64,000 nucleotides of DNA from an uncultured Chloroflexia bacterium (GTDB lineage Bacteria; Chloroflexota; Anaerolineae; JAAYZQ01): positions 1 through 64,000 of the forward strand of contig CAVOXA010000004.1 of the NCBI GenBank assembly GCA_963700285.1. The letters are read 5' to 3'. This document shows positions 43,748-53,000 of the stretch, piece by piece. The notes under the pieces are model-generated. The model had not been told where the DNA came from and did no database searches. It was given only the letters and a program-made list of their open reading frames with translations. The translations under genes and the position numbers were made by a program. How positions within the stretch are numbered: position 1 is the stretch's first letter; each line of letters opens with the position of its first letter.

Positions 43748-44071
43748 ATGATTGTGGTAGAGGTTCACCTGTACGGAAAACTGCGTCGATACAACGGGAG
43801 CACCCAGGCAGGTCATGACAGCGTCCTGATGCACAAACCACGGCCCGACGAGACCATCGCATCGCTTCTAGAGCGGGAGGGAATTCCGGTCGAAGAGGTC
43901 AATCACATCTTTGTCAACGCCAAGCTGCTCTCAACCCGGACGGCCATGGGCAAATACTACGGCTACCAGCAGGTTGGCGACAGCCTCGGCGATTGGGATC
44001 TGGGGATACCGGTTGGTGATGGGGACAGACTGGGTCTCTTTGGCAAGGACATGTCCATCCTGGGCATGTAG
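43748..44071 (+). CDS. MoaD/ThiS-like ubiquitin-fold protein
   Basis: VEVHLYGKLRRY..TIASLL..GIP..IFVN..DGDRLGLF. Confidence 0.6.
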   Translation: MIVVEVHLYGKLRRYNGSTQAGHDSVLMHKPRPDETIASLLEREGIPVEEVNHIFVNAKLLSTRTAMGKYYGYQQVGDSLGDWDLGIPVGDGDRLGLFGKDMSILGM

Positions 44072-44266
44072 CCGGCAAGAATCCTCTGCCGCGTAATCAT
44101 CCTCGCCAACAGCCCATAACTGCAGAAGCAGGTGGCGTCTTGTCCATTTTCCGGACAGGCGCTTGGGCTTTTGTTGCCGCCCATCATCGTATAGAATCAC
44201 CTGCTTCTGCTCTCGCGCGTCAATGGCCAACGCCACCAGCTCGCCCACCAGCCGGCCCCCTACTGC

Positions 44267-44629
44267 TTATTCGTGTTTCGTGCCGTCGGGCATGGTTGCG
44301 CCTTTCAGGGACGCGGCTTTGCTGAGCTGCTCGCTGGTCATATGGGCCCCGGATAGGTTGGCCGATGTCAGATCGGCCATGCCCAGGCTGGCGTCGCGCA
44401 AGTTGGCCGCAGTCAGGTTGGCCGCAGTCAGGTTGGCATCGCGCAAGTTGGCCCCGATCAAGTTTGCCCTGTCCAGATTGGCCCCTTCCAGATTGGCCAT
44501 GCTCAGGTTAATGTGATACAGGACGGCCCCGGGCAGCATGGCCCCACGTAGATCGGCCTGATACAGGTTGGCCCAGCTAAAGTCGCGTTCCCCTGCCTCA
44601 TACCGTGCGATCAGCTCTTGTGCATCCAA
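44267..44629 (-). CDS. Pentapeptide repeat protein
   Basis: Y.AGERDF followed by A(N/D)L.. pentapeptides, ending GATMPDG. Confidence 0.9.
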   Translation of the reverse strand: MDAQELIARYEAGERDFSWANLYQADLRGAMLPGAVLYHINLSMANLEGANLDRANLIGANLRDANLTAANLTAANLRDASLGMADLTSANLSGAHMTSEQLSKAASLKGATMPDGTKHE

Positions 44630-44712
44630 TAGCCTTGCCCCTTCCCCCTTGCAGTACTATCGTCCCAATGGCCTGAGTCGCTCTGACTGCCGGGCTGGGA
44701 AGCCCGGCCCCC

Positions 44713-45174
44713 TTATTCTAATGGCTCAACCGGTGTCTCTTCCTGGCTATTCCACTCTTCTCCAACCTCTTGCAGTCGTTCACTCAGCCAGCTCTCCAAG
44801 GCTTCCGGTGGCCTCTCAGCCCATTTCCACCCGTCTTCATGGTACTTTTTTTCGACTTCTTCCATGAATTTCTCAAGGTCTTGAGCTGCGAGCCTAGAGG
44901 AGACACTCCCCAACAGCACCTCCCTGAGTCTCTCTATTTCTCGCTCTTCTCTATCTTTCTCGCTTTTATCTTCCTTATTCTTCTTTTCCCTTAGCCATCT
45001 GACTCTTTCCTCACGCCCGTCCTGCGTCCTCCTGGCCTCTTCTTCTTGCCTATCCCGCTCCCTCTTTATCCTGTCCGCCCTGAGCGACAGGAAGTGCTGT
45101 AAGAAAGCGCCCACGACGCCACCCACCAGAACTATCCCCGCTCCAACGAGAGCGGCTACGATCTCACTTGTCAC
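44713..45174 (-). CDS. Hypothetical N-terminally anchored coiled-coil protein
   Basis: Hydrophobic N-terminus, E/K/R-rich body, GAGG RBS. Confidence 0.55.
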   Translation of the reverse strand: MTSEIVAALVGAGIVLVGGVVGAFLQHFLSLRADRIKRERDRQEEEARRTQDGREERVRWLREKKNKEDKSEKDREEREIERLREVLLGSVSSRLAAQDLEKFMEEVEKKYHEDGWKWAERPPEALESWLSERLQEVGEEWNSQEETPVEPLE

Positions 45175-45759
45175 TTGCCTTCCCCTCCTCTCCTATCTGC
45201 TGGCAATCCTCTTTGGCCTGGTGCAAAGCTCCCTTGCAGACAAAAGAGGCGCTAGCTCACTCGCCACGGCAAGTGGTCCTGGTACCGCAAGGGGACACAA
45301 ACGGTTCTCCTATGCTATGATGGCGCCGGTCTGACCATGCCCGGGAGGCTGCGACATCGCAGGGTATTTTGCCTCACTGGCAGTTGCAGCTTACCCATGA
45401 TATTCCCCACCGGTGGTCGGCTGCACGACCAGGTCAGCCGCTGCCTCGACCAGGGAAGCCGCCAATCCCTGTACGTGGGCCGGTCCCACTCTGACCCAAT
45501 ACTTGCCCCGGGTCACCGCCTCGGAAGCGGTGCTCCGCAGCACCAGGACCCGATCATCCAGGCCGTCCCCGTCGGCCGGGTCGTTGCCCTGGATGCTGCT
45601 GCGCTGCAAGGCGTTTCCCAAGGACGCTACCATTATACCACCGATATCCAGCCCTGGCAATGCTTCAGGATTCGATCATGCGCATAGCCTCTGGTACCTT
45701 GACAAACTGGTTTTTGCTGACTGTACTTCCCCGAGGTATACTCACCTCAAAATGGGACG

Positions 45760-45935
45760 ATGCTCATATCCAAGAAATGGGTCGCCCTTCTGAATACCAA
45801 CCAAAGAAACCAGTTGCTCAAGGTGACCGGCAAGGGGCATCCATCTGCTCGCAGAGCCAAACGGGCCAACATCCCACCCTTGTCGGATGCCGGCAAAGCG
45901 GATGCCGAGATCGTTGAGAGCTTGTGCACAAGCCA
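45760..45935 (+). mobile_element. IS630-family transposase 5' remnant
   Basis: KKWVALLNTNQRNQLLKVTGKG..SARRAKRANI..LSDAG..DAEIVESL resembles IS630 HTH N-termini; no catalytic part. Confidence 0.5.
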
Positions 45936-46109
45936 CCGTTGCCAGAACGATTCAGTTTGCCTTGTTGTTGTCCCCAGTGCCTGCCTATGGTATAATCCCC
46001 AGGCGGGAGGACGAGTGACAATCAAAACAGATACCCTGCCGCACATCCGTACCAAATTCTACCGGCCGCGCATCGCCAGGGGCCTTTTGCCGGTAGGGGA
46101 GGTTACACC

Positions 46110-47411
46110 TTGAGTTCCGATCCGATCCGCGTGCTCGTGGTAGATGAAGACCCACACAAAGAGGGCGTGCTGAAGGCCAAAGCGGCCGAGTTGCAGGGCG
46201 TTGAGTTGGTAGGTATCGCCCACAACCGGCGGTCGGCGCTGGAAAGGGTCAAGGAGCTCCAGCCCGATGTCATGCTGGTTGACCTGATGTTGCCCGCCTA
46301 TCACGGCATCAACGTCATCGAGCGGGTGGTCGAAACGCAGCCGGACGTCCGGATCCTGGCCATGAGTCCGGCGGATCCGCCGCACGATCGGATTATCCTC
46401 GCCCTGGACGCCGGGGCGCGCGGCTTCATCTGCCGTGGTGACAGCGCCTCGGATTTGGAGGCCGCCATCCATCATGTCCACCAGGGCGAGCTGTGGCTGC
46501 CGCCGGAGACCACCTATGAGGTCCTGAAGGACACGGCGCCCGAATTGGGCATCTCTTCCGAAGAGCGGCGCAATCGCCTGATGACCGTGGTTTTGGGACT
46601 CGTGCCCCTGATGGGGCTCATCGCTGCCCTGACAGGCCTGCTGTGGCGCACGTACTGGGGCAGGATCGGCGTGCGCGTCGTGGACTTGGGCGTTGATCCA
46701 ACCACGCGCGCCACGGACGTGATTGTTGGATTCTTGATCCTGCTCGGGGTCTTTGGCCCGCTGCTCTTTGTCGACAGCTGGCTGAACATGATCGGCGAAT
46801 GGATGGAGACCAAGCCGGCGCTGCGGGGCGCCATCAAGAGGGCCCGCGAGATATACCTGGGCCGGATGCCGGTTGGCAGGATCATATTCAACCGGGTGAA
46901 CGCCTGGGCAGCAGTGGCGACCGGGACCATGCTGTTCGGACTGTCTCTGTCACGCTTCGCGGACCTGATCCTCATCCTGTTTATCGGGCCGGCAGTCGGC
47001 GTTGCCCTCCTGGCCGGCTTTCTGGGCTTGGACGACACGCTGCCCCGGGTACTCCAGCGGGGGCGCATCAGCCGGCCGGTCCAGGTCATGCTGGCGATCC
47101 TGCTCGTTCTGTTCTTGGTCGTGCTGGGCGGTGAAGTCTGGGTCCAGGGCCCAGACCTGCGGAGCGACGGCGTGCACGGGCTGCTGGCTCCCAAGCTCCT
47201 GGGCTTTGGCGCTCGCCCCATGATACTCTATGACCTGGAGGAAAAGCAGGAACCCCTGGGCGCGCTGTACCTGGGGGGTAATGCTGACCTGTACGTACTC
47301 TATGACCCCTGCGCCGAGACGGTGCGGCTGGTGCCGGTTGGCTCTTCACGCGTCGAGATGGTTGACAAGGTCACCTGCGAGGCACCCCAAAGCCATGAAA
47401 CTAAACCTTAG
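46110..47411 (+). CDS. Receiver domain fused to a multi-TM membrane domain
   Basis: IRVLVVDE..PDVMLVDL.LP..GARGF, then about five TM helices. Confidence 0.75.
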   Translation: MSSDPIRVLVVDEDPHKEGVLKAKAAELQGVELVGIAHNRRSALERVKELQPDVMLVDLMLPAYHGINVIERVVETQPDVRILAMSPADPPHDRIILALDAGARGFICRGDSASDLEAAIHHVHQGELWLPPETTYEVLKDTAPELGISSEERRNRLMTVVLGLVPLMGLIAALTGLLWRTYWGRIGVRVVDLGVDPTTRATDVIVGFLILLGVFGPLLFVDSWLNMIGEWMETKPALRGAIKRAREIYLGRMPVGRIIFNRVNAWAAVATGTMLFGLSLSRFADLILILFIGPAVGVALLAGFLGLDDTLPRVLQRGRISRPVQVMLAILLVLFLVVLGGEVWVQGPDLRSDGVHGLLAPKLLGFGARPMILYDLEEKQEPLGALYLGGNADLYVLYDPCAETVRLVPVGSSRVEMVDKVTCEAPQSHETKP

Positions 47412-47498
47412 CGGACTCAAAGTTCCACGCAAAACCTTAAACAGACTGCCTTCGGTTGATCCCCTGTCCTTGACAACTGGGCAACGTCATCCCGTTTC

Positions 47499-48059
47499 TC
47501 AGGCCTTCGCGCGGTATCGGAGGAAAACCATGCCATTGTGGAACCGGCGCTCCTCCTCCAACTCCAGCTTCAGGCGTACGTCGTCGGGAAGTCCCTTCTT
47601 GCCGCCTCCCAGGATGATGGGCACCAAGAACATCAGGCACTGGTCAACCAAGCCTGCTTTGAACGCGTGGGCGGCAAGTTCGGGACCTGCTATGACCAGG
47701 TCACGTGCAGTAGACGCTTTCAGGTGCCGGACCGCTTCGGGATCAAAGGCCCGCTCTATCCGCGTCTTGGAAGTTGAAATGGTTCCCAGCGTCCTTGAGA
47801 ATACGACCTTGTCAGCGGCTTGCCACATCTGCGCAAAGTCACGCATGTAGGGCGACTGAACTGCGAATCTGGGGTCGGTTTCCCAGACAAGCATCGTCTC
47901 GTACATGCGGCGCCCGTATAGATAGATGCCAAACCCTCGTTCGAGGTCGTTGACGAACCTGTGCACCTCCTCGTCCGGCTCGGCCCAGTCGAACTTGCCG
48001 GCCATGTCCTCTATGTAGCCGTCAAGCGACATGATCGCGGAGTAGATCAACTCTGCCAT
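47499..48059 (-). CDS. Dihydrofolate reductase/RibD C-terminal family protein
   Basis: MSLDGYI..GRRMYE..KVVFSRTL..LVD..PIILGGGK. Confidence 0.9.
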   Translation of the reverse strand: MAELIYSAIMSLDGYIEDMAGKFDWAEPDEEVHRFVNDLERGFGIYLYGRRMYETMLVWETDPRFAVQSPYMRDFAQMWQAADKVVFSRTLGTISTSKTRIERAFDPEAVRHLKASTARDLVIAGPELAAHAFKAGLVDQCLMFLVPIILGGGKKGLPDDVRLKLELEEERRFHNGMVFLRYRAKA

Positions 48060-48208
48060 CGCACACCTCTCGTTTCGACCTTCCTTGACCTTATTCCCGC
48101 GTTCGGATTCATTCTATTCATTTGTTGATCCTCCGAAACAAAGCGGGTCCATATCTGCTTAAGGGACAGCGACACCGTCCAGGACGGTGTCAGTGGCGAG
48201 TTCAGTCC

Positions 48209-48688
48209 TCAGCTCACCGCTTTCTTCACGAGCGCGCCGATCCTTGCCTCTTCGGCGGCAGTCAACTCCTTCAGCGCGAAGGCGGTCGGCCACATGGCGC
48301 CTTCGTCGAGGTTCGCCGTGTCGCTGAAGCCGAACGTCGCGTACCTCGCGTTGAACTTCTGCGCGCTTTGGAAGAAGCAGACGACCTTGCCGTCCTTGGC
48401 ATACGCGGGCATCCCGTACCAGGTTTTCGGCGAGAGGGCTGGCGCGCTGGCTTTGATGATCGCATGGAGCCGCTCGGCCATGGCGCGATCCGGTTCCGGC
48501 ATCTCGGCGATCTTCGCGAGCACGTCGCTTTCCCCGTCCGCCTTGTCCTTGTTCGCGCGCGCTTCCGCCTTCAGCTCTTGGGCGCGCTCCTTCATCGCGG
48601 CTCGTTCCTCGTCCGTGAATCCCTTGGACTTCTTGTTGATCGCGGTGGTGCTCTTGGCGGACTTTTGCGTGTCCTTCTTTGGGCTCAT
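48209..48688 (-). CDS. DUF1801/YdhG-like protein
   Basis: [35 protein letters not shown]. Confidence 0.88.
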   Translation of the reverse strand: MSPKKDTQKSAKSTTAINKKSKGFTDEERAAMKERAQELKAEARANKDKADGESDVLAKIAEMPEPDRAMAERLHAIIKASAPALSPKTWYGMPAYAKDGKVVCFFQSAQKFNARYATFGFSDTANLDEGAMWPTAFALKELTAAEEARIGALVKKAVS

Positions 48689-48694
48689 AGAAAC

Positions 48695-48810
48695 CTCCTC
48701 AGGTATTCTCCAGGCGACTGCACGCGAACAGGTCCCGCGCCAGTCGAACTCAGTCCAATTATATGCCCAGCCAGATGCTTTGTCAAATTAATATCACGTA
48801 AATAGTATCA
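48695..48810 (-). promoter_or_regulatory. Promoter plus hairpin leader (homologous to 62323-62432)
   Basis: TTGACA-17-TATAAT followed by a CGACTG..CAGTCG stem. Confidence 0.7.
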
Positions 48811-48934
48811 ACACCCTCGCAGGGGAAGACTGCGGAGGGAATCTACAGTTGCCTGCTCGACCAAGGAGCTTGTCACAGACGGCGGCCACAGGCCCAGGGC
48901 CAGCCCGCGGCTTGCTCTTCCTGCTAACCGCCAG

Positions 48935-49390
48935 CTAGTCTGGTACAACCTGCCAGAACTCAAGCTCCTCCCGCGCCCGCTCCATCGCCTCCTCGGGGAT
49001 GCGGATGTAGGTCCCCGAACCCTCCACCAGCACGGTTCCATCCGGCAATTGGATCTCGCCTTTCGCCTCGTAGGCCCGGGAGCGGCCGCGGGTCAGCTCG
49101 CCCACAACCGACAGATCCTGGTCCATGGGCACTGGTTTCCGGAATTTGATCTCCAGGCGGCCCGTCAGCGCGAACACGCCTTCGTGGGTCAGCACGCGGC
49201 CCATCGTCTCATCCAGTAGGGTGGAGATGATGCCGCCGTGCAGATGGCCGGGATAGCCCTGGTGTTCCGGTTTGGGCCGGAAGCGGGCGATGCAGCGCCC
49301 CTCGTCGTCGGTGTAGAACGCCAGGTGCAGGCCGATGGGGTTGTCGATGCCGCAGACGAAACACATGCGGGAGTTGGGTTGTTTTTCCAT
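48935..49390 (-). CDS. PaaI/hotdog-fold thioesterase, copy 1
   Basis: CFVCG..NPIGL..HQGYPG.LHGG.ISTLLDETMG; upstream TTGCCC-17-TATAAT promoter. Confidence 0.92.
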   Translation of the reverse strand: MEKQPNSRMCFVCGIDNPIGLHLAFYTDDEGRCIARFRPKPEHQGYPGHLHGGIISTLLDETMGRVLTHEGVFALTGRLEIKFRKPVPMDQDLSVVGELTRGRSRAYEAKGEIQLPDGTVLVEGSGTYIRIPEEAMERAREELEFWQVVPD

Positions 49391-49664
49391 GAAGGTGCCT
49401 CCTTGTGCCTGCTGCATTATAGCATCGGCGCGGGGTTTGGGCAAACGTCTTCCATTCGAATCTCGTTGGGCTCCACGGTAGGAGTTGACTGTGAGCCGTC
49501 TTGTTGTCAAAAAGCGCGCTCCGTGGTATGATTGTGGTACGCAGCCGGCCTTCTCAGATTCTTCATCCAGCGGCTGACGGAATAGGCTTTCGCGGCGATG
49601 ATAGGGTGGGCTGGATCGGTAGCCGTGGCTATGACCCGGAAGTTGGTCAGATGAAATTGGTGGC

Positions 49665-50105
49665 ATGAGGATATACCTGGATACGTGTAGTTTGCAACGT
49701 CCTCTGGACAGCAAAGCTCAGACTCGGATCATTCTCGAGGCCGATGCCGTTCTGGGCATACTGGCCCTTTCTGAGGCAGGCACCATCGAGTTGATCTCGT
49801 CGGACGCCCTGCTCTATGAAACGTCGCGAACTCCGAACGTCACGCGACAGGAGTACGCGTACGAGACCTTGTCGAAGGCAACAGTGTTTGTCGAGTTGGA
49901 CGAGCAAGTTGAGCGGCGGGCCAGGGAACTAAATGCAGCTGGTATCGACCCCCTGGATGCGCTGCATTTGGCCTCGGCCGAAGCTGCTCGTGCGGACCTA
50001 TTCTGCACGTGTGATGACAGGCTGCTCAAGAGAGCTAGAGGCATTCCGAGGTTGCAGACAAGAGTGGTATCGCCACTGGAAGCCATAGAGGAGATCGAGC
50101 CATGA
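49665..50105 (+). CDS. PIN-domain (VapC-like) toxin
   Basis: IYLDTC..LLYE..LDALHLASAE..F.TCDD. Confidence 0.9.
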   Translation: MRIYLDTCSLQRPLDSKAQTRIILEADAVLGILALSEAGTIELISSDALLYETSRTPNVTRQEYAYETLSKATVFVELDEQVERRARELNAAGIDPLDALHLASAEAARADLFCTCDDRLLKRARGIPRLQTRVVSPLEAIEEIEP

Positions 50106-50323
50106 CCGTGGAAGTGAAACCATTGGCTGAGGTGACTCAAGAGGCAATTAGAGTGTTGATCCAGGAGCTTGGGCCGGTAGATACCGTGCGTTTTGTCAAT
50201 CAGTTCACCGTGGGCTACGGAAACTACACGGAGGAGCGCCGGCAATTGTTTGCAGGCTTGACTCTGGAAGAGATTGTTTCCGAGATCAAACGAGGAAAAG
50301 AGCGCACCGAATCACGCCGATAG
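50102..50323 (+). CDS. Probable antitoxin downstream of PIN
   Basis: ATGA overlap; LGPVDTVRF..G.GNYTEER small protein typical of this PIN pairing. Confidence 0.7.
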   Translation: MTVEVKPLAEVTQEAIRVLIQELGPVDTVRFVNQFTVGYGNYTEERRQLFAGLTLEEIVSEIKRGKERTESRR

Positions 50324-50353
50324 AGAACCATGCTGCATCTTGCGGCCACGCCC

Positions 50354-50391
50354 AGAAGAACCTCGGTTCACCCTGATCCGAGGTTCTTTTG
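50354..50391 (+). terminator. Rho-independent terminator
   Basis: AGAACCTCGG/CCGAGGTTCT stem plus TTTT. Confidence 0.7.
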
Positions 50392-50469
50392 CTGGTGGTG
50401 CGGTAATACTCAGTCATAACGGCTCGGGCCGCTTGAGACGGCGCCGGCGGCCGGTCACCCCGGCCAGAC

Positions 50470-50619
50470 TCAGCTGGCCACGCGCTCCTTGGACACCACC
50501 TGGCGGGTTGCGACGGAAAAGTTGGTGACGGGCGTGCCGTCCTCGGTGTAGCGCATCTGCGGATCCTGGCCAACGAAACCGATGATCGTGATTGCGGGTG
50601 CGGTAGAGATCCTCTCCAT
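50470..50619 (-). pseudogene. Truncated ssb fragment (49 aa)
   Basis: ITIIGFVGQDPQMRYTEDGTPVTNFSVATRQ then a stop; not in the ORF track. Confidence 0.75.
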
Positions 50620-50634
50620 GCTCCACCTCTCAAA

Positions 50635-50663
50635 TTGACAACAGAACAAATGTTCGATACAAT
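50635..50663 (+). promoter_or_regulatory. SOS promoter with LexA box
   Basis: TTGACA-17-TACAAT with GAAC-AAAT-GTTC (50644-50655) in the spacer, upstream of the imu cassette. Confidence 0.9.
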
Positions 50664-50711
50664 ACCCCCGTAGCCTCCGGACGATCAGCGGATTGCTCAG
50701 GGGAGAGAGAA

Positions 50712-51480
50712 GTGACCAGGAAAGGCAAGCGACGGCGCCAACTGGATATGGCCGTGGCGACCATCCACCGCCGCTTCGGCCCGCAGGCGTTGGTCAAGGG
50801 GAAACCGGCAACCGCCGCCACGCAGTGCCCCACATCCCCACCGGCTTTCCCGCCCTCGACCGCGCCCTGGGCATCGGCGGGCTGCCCAAAGGCAAGGTCT
50901 GCGAGCTGGTCGGGCCCGGCCACCTCGGGCAAGACGACGCTGGCCCTCAAGTTCCTGGCCCAGGCGCAGGCAGCCGGCGGGCAGGTGGCCTACGTGGACC
51001 AGGCCCTCTACTTCGATCCCGACTATGCCCACCGCTGCGGCGTGGACCTCTCTCGCCTGCTGGTCGGCACGCCCCACGACCTGCGGGAGGCCCTGGCCAT
51101 GACCGAGGCCCTGGTCCACAGCGGCGGCCTGGCTGCGCTGGTCTTTGACGCCCTCGACTTCTTGTGGACCGACGCGGAGGCCGCCCCGCTCCTGGCCGCG
51201 ACCCTCAACCGCCTGCCCGGTGCCCTGTCCCGCTCCGGCACGGTCCTGCTCGTCCTGCACGAATCGTCCGGCGTGGGCGACTGACCGGCGCTGTCGGCCC
51301 TGGCCCACCACGCCGCCGTGCGGCTGCAGGTCGTCCGCGAGCGCTGGCTGACGGCCACCGACGACATCCGGGGCTACGAGGCCCGGGTGGAGGTGCTCAA
51401 GAACCGGCTGGGTCCGTCCGGCCGCGCGGTGCTGCTGCAGCATCGAGTTCAACGGCACGGTGCGGGGCAACGGCCTGTAA
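50712..51480 (+). CDS. imuA: RecA-like ImuA protein (frameshifted)
   Basis: IPTGFPALDRALGIGGLPKG, GPATSGKTT, AYVD..GVDLSRLL; short, and first gene of the cassette. Confidence 0.8.
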
Positions 51481-51501
51481 GCAAAGGAGTGCTGTCCGGG
51501 G

Positions 51502-52719
51502 ATGTCGGTGCTCTACTGCACCATCCCGCATTTTGCCGCCGCCCTGGCCCGGCGGGACCATCCGGAGTTGGGCGGACGGGCCGCTGGTCCTGGTCGGGCC
51601 GGAGGAGCGGGTGTTCGGCGTCTCGGCCGAGGCGGCCGCCTGTGGCGTCGCCGCCGGGCATGACGGCCCGCGATGGCCGAGGTCCGCTGCCCCGAGGCGC
51701 GCCTGCTGGAGGCCGACCTGGCCCGCTGCCGGGCAGAGTTGGAGGCGCTGCTCCAGGTGCTGGAGCGGGCCAGCGACCGGGGTGGAGCCCCACGGCTGGG
51801 GAGCGGCCTACGTCGACCTGGGCGACCTGGTCCGGGGCCACGCCGACGCCGTGGCCCTCTGCCGGGAGATGGGGCGCGCGGTGCGCCGGGAGCTGGGCGA
51901 GGCCCTCCAGCCGGCGCTGGGCTGGGACAGCGGCAAGTTCACCGCCCAGGCCGCGGCCCGCCGGACGCCGCCCGGCCGCCTGCGGGCCGTGGATGCCGTC
52001 CGGGAGCGGGGCTTCCTCCAGCCGCTGCCGGTGACGCTGCTGCCCTTGGCGGGGGAGGCGGTGCAGCGGCTCGGCTTCCTGGGACTGCGCACGCTGGGCC
52101 AGTACGCGGCGCTGCCGCCGGCGGCGGTGTGGCAGCAGTTCGGGCGGGCCGGGAAGCTGGCCCACCGCTGCGCCCGGGGCGAGGACGACCGGCCCGTCAT
52201 CCCCCGCGGCAGGCGCCCCACCTGGCGGCCGAGGTCGAGTTCGAGACACCCTGGCCGAGCGGGAGCGGCTGATGGCCGCGCTGCGAGCGGCTGGTCTCGC
52301 CGCTGCTGGCCGAGCTGCGGGCGAGCCTGCAGGCCTGCGGCCAGGTGCGCCTGACGGTGCACTTTGACGACGGCAGCGCCCAGGAGCGGGAACGCGCCTT
52401 TCTGCTGCCCGTGGCGGACGAGGAGCGGGTGGTGCGGGCCCTGGACCGGCTTGCTGGACGGGATGCGCTGGCCGGCGCCGGCCGCCGGCCCTGGCCGTGA
52501 TCGCTGGCACAGATCCAGGAGGTCGTCGCCGAGCAGTTGACGCTGTTTCCCGCTCGAGGACGAGCGGGACGCCAAACTCCAGGAGGTGCAGCGCTACCTG
52601 GCGTCGCGTTTCGGGCCCTCCGGCCAGGTTGGCCGGCTGCGGCGGGCGGTGCTGGCCCAACCCGGCGCGCCCGCTGCCGGAGTGGCGGGTCGGTTGGCGG
52701 AGCGAGGAGCGAGCCGTGA
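51502..52719 (+). CDS. imuB: Y-family polymerase-like ImuB (frameshifted)
   Basis: S.EAAACGV, VRCPEA, AYVDL, FLQPLPV..LGLRTLGQ..QFG and QLTLF clamp motif. Confidence 0.8.
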
Positions 52720-52974
52720 CGCGCCTGTGGCCCGAGGGGGAGGCGGTGGAGACCTGGGGCGAGGAAGACACCCCGGCCGGGTTCTTCTGGCAGGGGACGG
52801 CGCCACCCCATCGCGGAGATCTGCAACCGCTGGCGGGTGCACACCCGCTGGTGGGAGCCGGACGAGGCCGTCTGGCGGGAGTATGTCAAGGTAACGACCG
52901 ACACCGGGCTGCTGTGCCTGCTCTACCGCGACCTGCTCGGCGGCGGCTGGTTCCTGGCTCGGGTCTATGATTGA
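52716..52974 (+). CDS. DUF6504-like small protein of the imu cassette
   Basis: PAGFFWQG..RWRVHTRWW..LYRD..WFLARVYD. Confidence 0.7.
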
Positions 52975-53000
52975 AGGGATGCAGCGCCTGGCTCGCGTCT

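Noticed and set aside
50712-51480. Housekeeping recA
   Set aside because: Too short, lacks the RecA C-terminal motifs, and heads an imuB-dnaE2 operon.
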